Below, piece after piece: positions 44,652-52,624 of a stretch of 64,000 nt of DNA (position 1 is the stretch's first letter; each line of letters opens with the position of its first letter). Under the pieces are notes generated by a model that saw only the letters and a program-made list of their open reading frames with translations, ran no database searches and had not been told where the DNA came from. The translations under genes were made by a program, and so were the position numbers. This stretch comes from Patescibacteria group bacterium. Its GTDB lineage: Bacteria > Patescibacteriota > Minisyncoccia > Phycocordibacterales > Phycocordibacteraceae. The stretch spans positions 6,945 through 70,944 of the forward strand of contig JANLHF010000039.1 in the NCBI GenBank assembly GCA_024653825.1, in the 5' to 3' direction.

Positions 44652-45383
44652 TTGTCAACACCCCACCCATACGGCTCCTTTTTATGGTATACACTAGGCG
44701 ATATGAAAGAGGAACCGCGCTCTCTTCGAGACCTATTTGGGTCGGAGTATAGATATTCGCTTCTAGGAGCATTTGCACTGCTTGTGGCGGCATATGTGGC
44801 CGAACACTTTGCAAACATCTACGCCTTTGACTATATGGCGCGCCCGACTTCAAACCATGTCGGAGATCTCTTCCTCGACAATCTGCCGATCGTTGATCTG
44901 AACTTCATCATCATTGAGGGGGCATTTTTTTCTATCGTCCTCGGCACGCTCTACGTGTTGTCAAAACCGCGCTCAGTGCTCTTCACGCTCAAGGCCTTAT
45001 CAATCTTCATTATCATACGAGCCCTTTTTATCTCTCTTACCCACGTCGGTTTTTATCCGATCCATCTTGATCCAGGAGTCGGGTTCTTCGCCGACTTATA
45101 CTCATATCTTAATTTTCAGCTCGGGTTCTTCTTCTCTGGACACACCGGCCTACCATTCCTCATCGCACTCATTTTCTGGGGGAATCGACAGGCGCGTCTC
45201 GTTTTTATCTCGCTGTCCGCGGTGTTCGGCGCTGCTGTTCTTCTCGCGCATATTCATTACTCTATTGATGTGCTCGCGGCACCTTTTATGGCCTATGGAA
45301 TATTCACTATCGCTAAGTATCTCTTCCCACGCGACTACGCGCTCATCGCGACGGCTCCCCCAGTTGTCGAAGATGCGTCTTGA
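44652..45383 (+). CDS. PAP2_C/sphingomyelin-synthase-like integral membrane protein
   Basis: There are multiple transmembrane helices with SGHT ... HYSIDV motifs. Its GC content is lower than in neighbouring genes. Confidence 0.5.
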   Translation: MSTPHPYGSFLWYTLGDMKEEPRSLRDLFGSEYRYSLLGAFALLVAAYVAEHFANIYAFDYMARPTSNHVGDLFLDNLPIVDLNFIIIEGAFFSIVLGTLYVLSKPRSVLFTLKALSIFIIIRALFISLTHVGFYPIHLDPGVGFFADLYSYLNFQLGFFFSGHTGLPFLIALIFWGNRQARLVFISLSAVFGAAVLLAHIHYSIDVLAAPFMAYGIFTIAKYLFPRDYALIATAPPVVEDAS

Positions 45384-45407
45384 CAAATAAGACGCGAGGA
45401 ATATAAT
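45380..45407 (+). promoter_or_regulatory. Consensus sigma-70 promoter (TTGACA-16 bp-TATAAT)
   Basis: It has perfect -35 and -10 hexamers. No protein-coding ORF lies downstream; only a hairpin-rich noncoding region follows. Confidence 0.55.
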
Positions 45408-45413
45408 TAGTCC

Positions 45414-45620
45414 TGTTGTGGGCGCCTCCCTCTCCCCGTTCTGTTTCAGTAAGAGCGCTCTTATTCTGGGGCGCTTTTTTATTTGTATTCATTATAAAGA
45501 TAAAGAGTGAGCCCACTCGGGGAGTGGGCTCAGGGGGTGGTTTTTCGCCGCCGCCAACGCGGACGTGTAGGAATGTACGACTTACTGCACCGACCACAAA
45601 GCTCGTGGTCGTTTTTTGAG
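45414..45620 (+). ncRNA. Candidate small RNA (about 60-200 nt) with three hairpins, the last a strong intrinsic terminator
   Basis: The region lies downstream of the consensus promoter. The hairpins are gagcccact/agtgggctc and cgaccac/gtggtcg, followed by TTTTTT at about 45588..45618. No credible ORF is present. Confidence 0.35.
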
Positions 45621-45775
45621 GGCCCAGTCCATTTCTTCTTCCCTTTTCTTTTCCGAGGATACCGGACCCTTGTCTGGCATTCACAATAACTTATGGTCAT
45701 AGGAGTACCCCTTTCTTTCGAGAGCTAGCTCGCGATATCGTACCACGAGGAAATATAAAAGTAAAGTTTGAAAAA

Positions 45776-46009
45776 TTAGGATTCCTGACTGCGGGGAGGC
45801 ATCCAATCGATAATCTTTTTCCGGTGTTCGTCGAGCGACCAGAGGTCGCCATGCTTGAAGAAGAGGGGGTGTGTCAATTTAAACTCTCGCAAGAGTGCAA
45901 GGGAGGCTTTCGGAAATCCATGAGGCAAATTTTTGTTATACGACTTCAGGAAATCGCCGAGCGATATGCGGAGCTCGCTTATCTTCAGTTCTTCGCCGTA
46001 TTTCTTCAT
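45776..46009 (-). CDS. Hypothetical small protein (about 77 aa)
   Basis: The ORF has an internal Met start (MKKYGEEL...). Confidence 0.3.
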   Translation of the reverse strand: MKKYGEELKISELRISLGDFLKSYNKNLPHGFPKASLALLREFKLTHPLFFKHGDLWSLDEHRKKIIDWMPPRSQES

Positions 46010-46116
46010 TGAGACCACAATACCACGAATTATTGAAAAAATCAACGTATTGCTGTATTGAGATTAAAAAAGAAACGGCACCCTTGGAGGGTGCCGATGC
46101 CGTACTGAACCGAGGC

Positions 46117-46587
46117 TCAGAAAGCCTTGAAGTGATACGTGGCGGAAAAGAGCAGTATCGCCTTTCGTCTACCGTTCGGCGGTATGAGTGCGACGTTGCC
46201 ACCGAGCGCATCCTTCCTGACCGACAGGAAAGGGATGATGAGAGTACCGTGTGCTGTTCCGCGCCCAGGGAACTCGTAATTCACTCGCGCGACTTCAGCG
46301 GCGACGGAGAACACATAACCTCGAACGTTGGCGAAGGGATATTCATACCCCACGCCGAAGGCCGTTGTTTGCCCGCGCGAACTGTTCTTCATCCTGTCGG
46401 CGGCGACGAACCACTTGCCGTGGTAGGCGCGGAGGCCGAGGCCCCAGTTCTGCTCGTTGTAGTTGCGATCGCGATTGCCGTGGTAGCTGAGCCCCCAGAA
46501 GTCGACCGCGATGTGATTGTCCGCTGCGAAGGCAGGAACGAGCCCGGAAACAGCAAAGAACAACAGCACCCTCCATACATTTCGCAT
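46117..46587 (-). CDS. Secreted small beta-barrel protein, PagL/OMP-like (C-terminal aromatic residue)
   Basis: It has a signal peptide (MRNVWRVLLFFAVSGLVPAFA) and alternating hydrophobic strands, and it ends in ...YHFKAF. Confidence 0.35.
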   Translation of the reverse strand: MRNVWRVLLFFAVSGLVPAFAADNHIAVDFWGLSYHGNRDRNYNEQNWGLGLRAYHGKWFVAADRMKNSSRGQTTAFGVGYEYPFANVRGYVFSVAAEVARVNYEFPGRGTAHGTLIIPFLSVRKDALGGNVALIPPNGRRKAILLFSATYHFKAF

Positions 46588-46647
46588 TTTTCGCTCCTTC
46601 CTCGGTTGATGTAGCCCACCTCCTTTTACGCTTTTCAAGCCACTTCG

Positions 46648-47061
46648 TCAAGGTAGATCAATTTCCTCGCTGTAGGTCGTATAGTCGACGGTCAGCTCCT
46701 CGCCGACCTCGATGTCCTCGATGGCGATGAAATCCTCACGGATCACTCGCATATTCGGACTCGAAGAATGATTCATATGCCACGATTTGGTTGCTTCCTC
46801 GAGACCGTTGTCAGGTATCCAGTAGTATCCCTTCTGGAACGCGCACATATCGTGCACCAGTTTTTTGACCGCTTCCGGCACCCCCCGCAGATCCTCATCC
46901 GATACTCGGATAGAACGAGCGAACGTGCTATCTCCCCTGAAGGGGCTTGTTCCTTCGGGGATCGGCCGTATAGCGAATACGCCGATGCCGTGGATAGGTG
47001 AGGGAGCGAGCCGGGTGAAGACATCGTCCCGCAACTGCTTCAGCAATTTCGTCTTGTTCAT
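46648..47061 (-). CDS. Second SET-domain protein (no post-SET)
   Basis: It has the MNHSSSPNM and GEELTVDY motifs. An AAAGGAG SD lies 8 nt upstream of the ATG at 47061. Confidence 0.7.
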   Translation of the reverse strand: MNKTKLLKQLRDDVFTRLAPSPIHGIGVFAIRPIPEGTSPFRGDSTFARSIRVSDEDLRGVPEAVKKLVHDMCAFQKGYYWIPDNGLEEATKSWHMNHSSSPNMRVIREDFIAIEDIEVGEELTVDYTTYSEEIDLP

Positions 47062-47164
47062 GTCTGCACTCCTTTCTTGTCCGCCTGTCACCATACCACT
47101 TTTCTATAAAAAAGAAATCGCCCCAAGCGCGTGAGCGCAAGGGGCGATGAGGTAACACGAAAGA

Positions 47165-48838
47165 TCAGCGAGCGAATTGCTCCACGAACCGCCAGAGATA
47201 GCGGACGCCGAAGCCCGGTCCCGCACCATAGTTGTCCGCGTCGGTTTCGAATACCGCTGCGACATCCAGATACAGCCACGGCGTTGAAGGATCCCACTGC
47301 AGGAACCGCGAGAGGAAAATCATCCCCGCATGGTAGTGGTAGCCGCAGTCATTCACGAGGTCGCTCTCCGTGCCAGTGAATAAATCGCTCACGTTGTCGA
47401 AATGGTCGAGAGGCGGGAAGTGCAGCATCTTCTCGTGCGAATGGCTTTCGGCGACTCTCATCTTCCGTAGAAGTCTGTAGTCATTCGTCATGACCTTGAT
47501 AAAGTCAGGTCCGAAATCGGCCATATCGCAGAGCGTTGCCACTGTGACGACCGCGTCTGGCCTCACATGCTTCTCCGAATAAGCGAGCGCATCCGCGAGG
47601 ATGAGCCGGCCTTCGGCGTCCGTATTGGTGATTTCCACCGTCTGGCCATCGTACGCGGTAATGACGTCGTTCAGACGGACTGCGTTTGGGCCGATCGCAT
47701 TTTCGACGATAGGCAAGAGTGTAACGATCTCAACGGCGAGATTTGTCTCTACTGCAAGACGAAACACTCCTGCCACTGTTGCTGCGCCGGCCATATCGTA
47801 ATGCATACGATCCATCGTTTGGTCCGTCTTGAGATTGAGACCGCCGGTATCGAGGATGACGCCCTTTCCGATGAGCGAAACTTTCTTCATCCCCTCCGGT
47901 TTGTTTTTCGGTCGGTAATGAATCTTTAGCACACACGGTTCGTCACGGCTTCCTTGGCCGACGGCCGCAATGAGCCCAAAACCGGCCCTGCGTAGGGTCT
48001 CGACCCCGCTGATTATCTGGACCTGTACCCCCGGGCCGTATTGATGTCTTTTCACCGTGCGCCACGCGGACCCCTTGGAAGGGGCACGCAGGGCAAGCTT
48101 TGCTCCGAGCATACGTTCGACAAGAAGAAGGGGGGTTTTTTCGCTCGGCGGTAACTTAGTCAGTCCTCGGGCCTCGCTCACGGCTGTACCGATCTCGACA
48201 CCCGCTTCGACCGTACGCCTGAAGAAGTGCGTCGCGGTCTGCTGATGTTCGCCAAAATGGGTAAAGCACACGTTGGCGATCCGCGGCCGCGGTGACGCTT
48301 GATGAGTGTCAGGCGAGTTTGCCGTAACGATTGATTCCGTAAGCGTTTGCACGAAGGTTTCTTCCTCGCGCTCGCCTCGGGGGTCCTTTTTCAGATGCTT
48401 CGGATGGAAGCGTCCCGGGAGCACGATTGTGAATTCGGTATGTCCCATGTCCCGAAGCTTCTTCACCGCCTTATACATCTGGGCGCTGAGGGTCCGGTAG
48501 AAATAGATGCTGCCGAATCGGAAATGCGTTTTTCGGCTCTTCTCCGCACGCCACCTGCGACCGATGTAGACCAGGATCGCGGGGAAACGCGCCTCTCCTC
48601 GTGCGAGCGGGAAAAGGTGCGTCATATCGTCGACGATCTCGCGGTTTTTCTCGATACCAAGGCGCATCTCTTCGACTTCGGGGAATCGGGTGCTGATAAC
48701 CGTGTCAGGCTGTTCCTCGAATGCGAAGAATATGACGGGATGCCCGGGCGTAAATTCCATAGCGTCGTAAGTCTGGAATTCGAACTCAATCGGTGGTGGT
48801 GTCGGCGCCGGAGGCGCTTCGGGAGCACGGGTAGACAT
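47165..48838 (-). CDS. pepA: M17-family leucyl aminopeptidase with a long N-terminal domain
   Basis: The NTDAEGRLILADAL signature is present. An AAGGAGG SD lies 7 nt upstream of the ATG at 48838. Confidence 0.85.
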   Translation of the reverse strand: MSTRAPEAPPAPTPPPIEFEFQTYDAMEFTPGHPVIFFAFEEQPDTVISTRFPEVEEMRLGIEKNREIVDDMTHLFPLARGEARFPAILVYIGRRWRAEKSRKTHFRFGSIYFYRTLSAQMYKAVKKLRDMGHTEFTIVLPGRFHPKHLKKDPRGEREEETFVQTLTESIVTANSPDTHQASPRPRIANVCFTHFGEHQQTATHFFRRTVEAGVEIGTAVSEARGLTKLPPSEKTPLLLVERMLGAKLALRAPSKGSAWRTVKRHQYGPGVQVQIISGVETLRRAGFGLIAAVGQGSRDEPCVLKIHYRPKNKPEGMKKVSLIGKGVILDTGGLNLKTDQTMDRMHYDMAGAATVAGVFRLAVETNLAVEIVTLLPIVENAIGPNAVRLNDVITAYDGQTVEITNTDAEGRLILADALAYSEKHVRPDAVVTVATLCDMADFGPDFIKVMTNDYRLLRKMRVAESHSHEKMLHFPPLDHFDNVSDLFTGTESDLVNDCGYHYHAGMIFLSRFLQWDPSTPWLYLDVAAVFETDADNYGAGPGFGVRYLWRFVEQFAR

Positions 48839-48905
48839 AGCGGAACCTCCTTGACCTTTCGTGAATGGAATGAGCTTGTATCCGTCGCGAGCATACCACA
48901 TTACG

Positions 48906-48935
48906 AAAAGAAAAACCGCCTCTCGTTGAGGCGGC
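48906..48935 (-). terminator. Intrinsic terminator for the gene at 48947..49465
   Basis: A ccgcctc/gaggcgg hairpin carries a U-tract on the minus strand. Confidence 0.5.
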
Positions 48936-48946
48936 GCGAAGGCATG

Positions 48947-49465
48947 TTACTGAATCGGCTGTTTGTCGAGAAGAGGGTAGTACTCGGGGCACTCTTTGTG
49001 CGGGATCACCATCAGTGGATCGTTCGCCATGACGAGCGACCTTTCCTCTTCGGTCATCTGCCGTAGATAGAAGAGTGTACAGCGGGGGTTTGTCTCGAAA
49101 CGTTGCAGAGAGACGGGAGTGACTTCTCCTGCCGTGTTAATGACAAAGGTCGGAAGACCCTCTCTGATGAACCATTGTGCGCTGTCGGCCACGTCGATAC
49201 CCATACGCCCATCGAGGAAGGGGAGCGCGACTACGCCGTCGCATTCGGGGAACACGACTTCATGGAAGTAGTTCATGAGGCCGGCGTCTGCGGAGTGTGC
49301 CCAGTGTCGGTACCCTTCTTCGTGTTCTGGCTCGTTCGGATTTTCGACCCGTTTTCTGGATATGTCGAAGTGTTTTGCGACTAGTGCGATAAGCGCCACT
49401 TCGAGCCGTGAACCATACACACTGACTGGGAGGGCAAGAAATGGGAAGAACAGGCGATGATCCAT
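48947..49465 (-). CDS. Uncharacterized protein, paralog A (172 aa) of a tandem pair
   Basis: It shares the ENPN.P.H.EGY, NYF.EV.P.CD..VA.PFLDGR.G and TEEE..LVMA.DP blocks with 49610..50212. Confidence 0.55.
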   Translation of the reverse strand: MDHRLFFPFLALPVSVYGSRLEVALIALVAKHFDISRKRVENPNEPEHEEGYRHWAHSADAGLMNYFHEVVFPECDGVVALPFLDGRMGIDVADSAQWFIREGLPTFVINTAGEVTPVSLQRFETNPRCTLFYLRQMTEEERSLVMANDPLMVIPHKECPEYYPLLDKQPIQ

Positions 49466-49545
49466 TGCGATACCTCCACACTAGTAAGAGAACGACGAAG
49501 CGTTGATTCCGCGGACATACTAGCGCAGCGTTTTGATAAACACAA

Positions 49546-49592
49546 TAAAAAACCGCCCGCCAACATTTACGAAGTTGTGGCGGGCGGCGTGC
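49546..49592 (-). terminator. Intrinsic terminator for the gene at 49610..50212
   Basis: A 10-bp GC stem (ccgcccgcca/tggcgggcgg) carries a U-tract on the minus strand. Confidence 0.55.
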
Positions 49593-49609
49593 GCACATGC
49601 CGAATGCAG

Positions 49610-50212
49610 TTACTTTTTGTCGGGATAAAACCCTGGCGGAACGGGTAGGGAAACCAGGTGCGCCGTCTCGAAAGGGCGCTTCTCTTTGCCGTAGACGAGG
49701 AATGTTCGAAGGCGCGTTTCGATGTGAGGGACAACGAGCCGAGGATCGTCTGCCATGACGAGGATCTTTTCTTCTTCGGTCAGCGGTCGCGGTTTGAAAA
49801 GTCCGCTTTGGTGATTTTCCTCGAAGGCTCGCAGGGAGTCGGGAGTAATCGCATCTTTGTCGAAGTCCATCACGAAGACCGGCAGGCCCTCCGTAATGAA
49901 CCATTTCATTTCGCCTGCAACGCCGAGCCCCACGCGGCCGTCGAGAAATGGCATTGCCACGCAGCTGTCGCATTTAGGCAACACTTCGTCGTAGAAGTAG
50001 TTCATGCCCTTATGATTCGTGGCCGCTAGGCTGGCGCGTTTGGCGTACAGTGTGTAGCCCTCTTGATGGTGCGGCTGATTCGGATTCTCGACACTTTCCT
50101 CGCAGATCTTGAACTGGTCGGTGAGGGCCTTTACCCAGGAGACTTCAAGTCGAGTGTCGTACGAGTTTACTGCGTGCGCGAAGTACGGTCGCATAAGTCT
50201 TTTTTCCATCAC
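49610..50212 (-). CDS. Uncharacterized protein, paralog B (about 195 aa) of a tandem pair
   Basis: It is clearly paralogous to 48947..49465, with about 45% identity over conserved blocks. Confidence 0.55.
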   Translation of the reverse strand: MMEKRLMRPYFAHAVNSYDTRLEVSWVKALTDQFKICEESVENPNQPHHQEGYTLYAKRASLAATNHKGMNYFYDEVLPKCDSCVAMPFLDGRVGLGVAGEMKWFITEGLPVFVMDFDKDAITPDSLRAFEENHQSGLFKPRPLTEEEKILVMADDPRLVVPHIETRLRTFLVYGKEKRPFETAHLVSLPVPPGFYPDKK

Positions 50213-50260
50213 TACTCCTTATCGGTTGTTTGACGAAAGACTGCTCATTCCGCGGGCACT

Positions 50261-50890
50261 CTAGCGCGCCCGTTTAACCCTGTCGAGTGCGACCGCGACC
50301 TCGTACGCCTTTCGCGCGCCATTGATCGCAGTGTGCACCGCCGGTTCCGGTTCGATGTTGAGCGTCCGTAGCAGATGGCTATTCCGCATGCTGTAGTCCG
50401 CAGGTTCGAAGGGCTCATTCGGAACGAGGAGTTCCTGAACTGCCATCGAACGATTGTCGAGTCGAGCGTAGTGGAAGTACTTTGTCTGCAATTCTTCTTG
50501 CGAGATGTTGTTCCACGCGAAGGCGGTCGACAAGAAATTCCAATCGAAGAAAAAATTCTGCCCACGCAGTACCGCAACACCCGGCGCCACATACCACGTG
50601 ACGAAGTTAAGGAACATCCGGAGGCCGTCAGTAAGAGACACGGCGGTGTTCCATTCTCCGCGCGCGGCGCGTGCCGGATAGTGGTTGATGAGATCGGGCA
50701 GACAACGCTCAGGATGTTCGGAGCGTATTTTAATCTCGCCTTCCTCGATGCACTGCAAGGTTTTCGAATCAGCGAGTACCCATCCCATGTCGATAATCTC
50801 GTGCCAAGGAATGAGTGTGTCGTCGACGCGTTTCAATGGGTCGTGCCCGGTTGTTTCCAGATCAAGAAACAGAAAAGGATATGTACGCAT
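50261..50890 (-). CDS. DEDD-family 3'-5' exonuclease (DnaQ-like fold)
   Basis: The Exo I (FLDLETTGHD), Exo II (NFFFDWNFL) and Exo III-like (HTAINGARKAYEV) motifs are present. Confidence 0.6.
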   Translation of the reverse strand: MRTYPFLFLDLETTGHDPLKRVDDTLIPWHEIIDMGWVLADSKTLQCIEEGEIKIRSEHPERCLPDLINHYPARAARGEWNTAVSLTDGLRMFLNFVTWYVAPGVAVLRGQNFFFDWNFLSTAFAWNNISQEELQTKYFHYARLDNRSMAVQELLVPNEPFEPADYSMRNSHLLRTLNIEPEPAVHTAINGARKAYEVAVALDRVKRAR

Positions 50891-50902
50891 TTTGGGACCT
50901 CT

Positions 50903-51436
50903 CTAATTGGTCAGACAGAGGGCTGCGATGAAGACATTCATCACTATTGCACCCCAAGGAACGAAGGTATTCGCGAAGTCGCGTTTCTCCGCTCCGAGAA
51001 TTGCGAGCAGACACGCGACGACCATGAGAAGCCAGAGCCACAGCGTGTCTGGCTGTGGCTTGTCCCAGTACTGCGCCATGAGCGGTACAAAGGCGACATA
51101 ACGAGCAGTCATGTATGCCCAGAGTGCCCGACGCGCGGTCTGAGAGATCCAGAGCCAGACCGTAACCCCGAAGAACAGAACCGATAGTGTTTCGGTCAGC
51201 CCCCAGCCGATCTGGTTGTCGTTCATCAGTACCGCAGAGAGGACGAAGAGGCCCGCTGCCGCCCACCCGAGTTGCAGGAACGGCTTTGTATTGCCGTCCT
51301 TAATAACAAGTATCAGCCCCAGGGTGTCCAGAGCCATACTCATTCCCCACGTGGCTGCGCTCTGCGGGACGTGGTGTACGTAGAGCATCCAGGCGAAGAG
51401 CACACAGATGCCGAAACTCAGTAAACCGCTTGCCAT
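50903..51436 (-). CDS. Integral membrane protein (5-6 transmembrane helices), hypothetical
   Basis: The ORF is hydrophobic. The start is uncertain; the longer ORF runs to 51595. Confidence 0.4.
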   Translation of the reverse strand: MASGLLSFGICVLFAWMLYVHHVPQSAATWGMSMALDTLGLILVIKDGNTKPFLQLGWAAAGLFVLSAVLMNDNQIGWGLTETLSVLFFGVTVWLWISQTARRALWAYMTARYVAFVPLMAQYWDKPQPDTLWLWLLMVVACLLAILGAEKRDFANTFVPWGAIVMNVFIAALCLTN

Positions 51437-51583
51437 GACTGCGCAAGTCTTCCATATCCTTTTCACCTTGTACCTCCTCGGTTCTCGTCTATAAAATGAA
51501 CTGTAACCCGCCGGGAGCTTACCACAAAAAAATGGAAACGTGATAGCATCCGTCCGGACAGAACCATCAAAAAGGAGCAGCGA

Positions 51584-52540
51584 ATGAATCCCCATATCGA
51601 AGACATCCTGAACGCAGGAGCATACGGACGCGATGTGTGTGTGAACGGTAGGAAACTTACTGAATACGCGCGACGGTGGTTGGGAGAAGAACTACGAATT
51701 CCCGAATGGCGTGAACCCGTGTTTCCGGAAGATGACGAGACGTTCGTACAACTCATCGGCGTCGCTAATGCAATTAACTTCTGCTTTCGCGATCCGGTGA
51801 CCAAACGGCTGTATGAGACGGAGTATCGCGGAGTGAAATGGCGCGGCGCCTTCGGCATGTTCGCGGCGCTAAAACGCGCCCATGAATCGGGCCTCGCCAT
51901 TCTCGACCCACATTATCTGTTGCAGGTGAGTGGCGTCGGTCTGGAACGAATATTCGGCACCAATCCTTCGATGCCGCTTCTTCATGAAAGGGTGCGGTGC
52001 TTATTGTCTGCCGGCCATATGCTGCATCTGTATGCGGGCGGAAAATATAAGGAATTTTTCCAGAGATGTCAGTACCTTGCATTCAACAAAGGCAAGGGCA
52101 TCGTCGAGAGGCTTTCTAAATATGATCCGCGTTACCGGGATGTTTCCTTCTATGCTCCTACCTCACGACGGCTCGTGTTCAACAAACGGGCGAACTTGTT
52201 CCTGATGATGTATCAGGGGAGGGCGCTTGCTTCGGGTGGAAAGTTGCCACTAATCGAGGATGCCGACGACTTCACCCCTCCGGCTGATTATCATGTGCCG
52301 CGCGTGCTTCGACACCTCGGCATACTTGAATATTCGGCTGAGCTCTCGCACGCGGTGGACGAGGGTCTCGAGATCCCTGCGGGCAGTCAGTGGGAACAGG
52401 AGATTCGTATACAAACAGTGGTTGCGATGAGCAAATTGTGTGAGCAGAGCGGGAAGTCGATCGTCGCGATGGATGCGAAGGTCTGGAGCCATCACGGCTT
52501 CGCACGGCCCCAACACATCACAACGACATCCGCGTATTGA
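51584..52540 (+). CDS. DUF2419-like protein, possible queuosine salvage enzyme (Qng1-like)
   Basis: The overall size and several blocks (FNKRANLFLMM, DYHVPRVLRHLGILEYS) recall DUF2419/Qng1. This rests on recalled family features only. Confidence 0.35.
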   Translation: MNPHIEDILNAGAYGRDVCVNGRKLTEYARRWLGEELRIPEWREPVFPEDDETFVQLIGVANAINFCFRDPVTKRLYETEYRGVKWRGAFGMFAALKRAHESGLAILDPHYLLQVSGVGLERIFGTNPSMPLLHERVRCLLSAGHMLHLYAGGKYKEFFQRCQYLAFNKGKGIVERLSKYDPRYRDVSFYAPTSRRLVFNKRANLFLMMYQGRALASGGKLPLIEDADDFTPPADYHVPRVLRHLGILEYSAELSHAVDEGLEIPAGSQWEQEIRIQTVVAMSKLCEQSGKSIVAMDAKVWSHHGFARPQHITTTSAY

Positions 52541-52565
52541 AACTACCCACGAGGTGTCACCTCGG

Positions 52566-52608
52566 GAAAAAGAAAGGGCTCGCTTCTCCCGGAGGAGGAA
52601 GCGAGCCC
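52566..52608. terminator. Bidirectional intrinsic terminator
   Basis: An 11-bp stem (gggctcgcttc/gaagcgagccc) carries a T-tract on the minus strand. Confidence 0.55.
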
Positions 52609-52624
52609 AATTTGTTCAAGGAGC

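Noticed and set aside
45895-46614. A 239-aa plus-strand ORF.
   Set aside because: It is antisense to the signal-peptide-bearing beta-barrel gene (46117..46587) and to the small gene at 45776..46009. The product is low-complexity Arg-rich.
49260-49973. A 237-aa minus-strand ORF bridging the two paralogous genes.
   Set aside because: It is out of frame with both paralogs and crosses their intergenic terminator. It is Arg/Pro-rich shadow translation.
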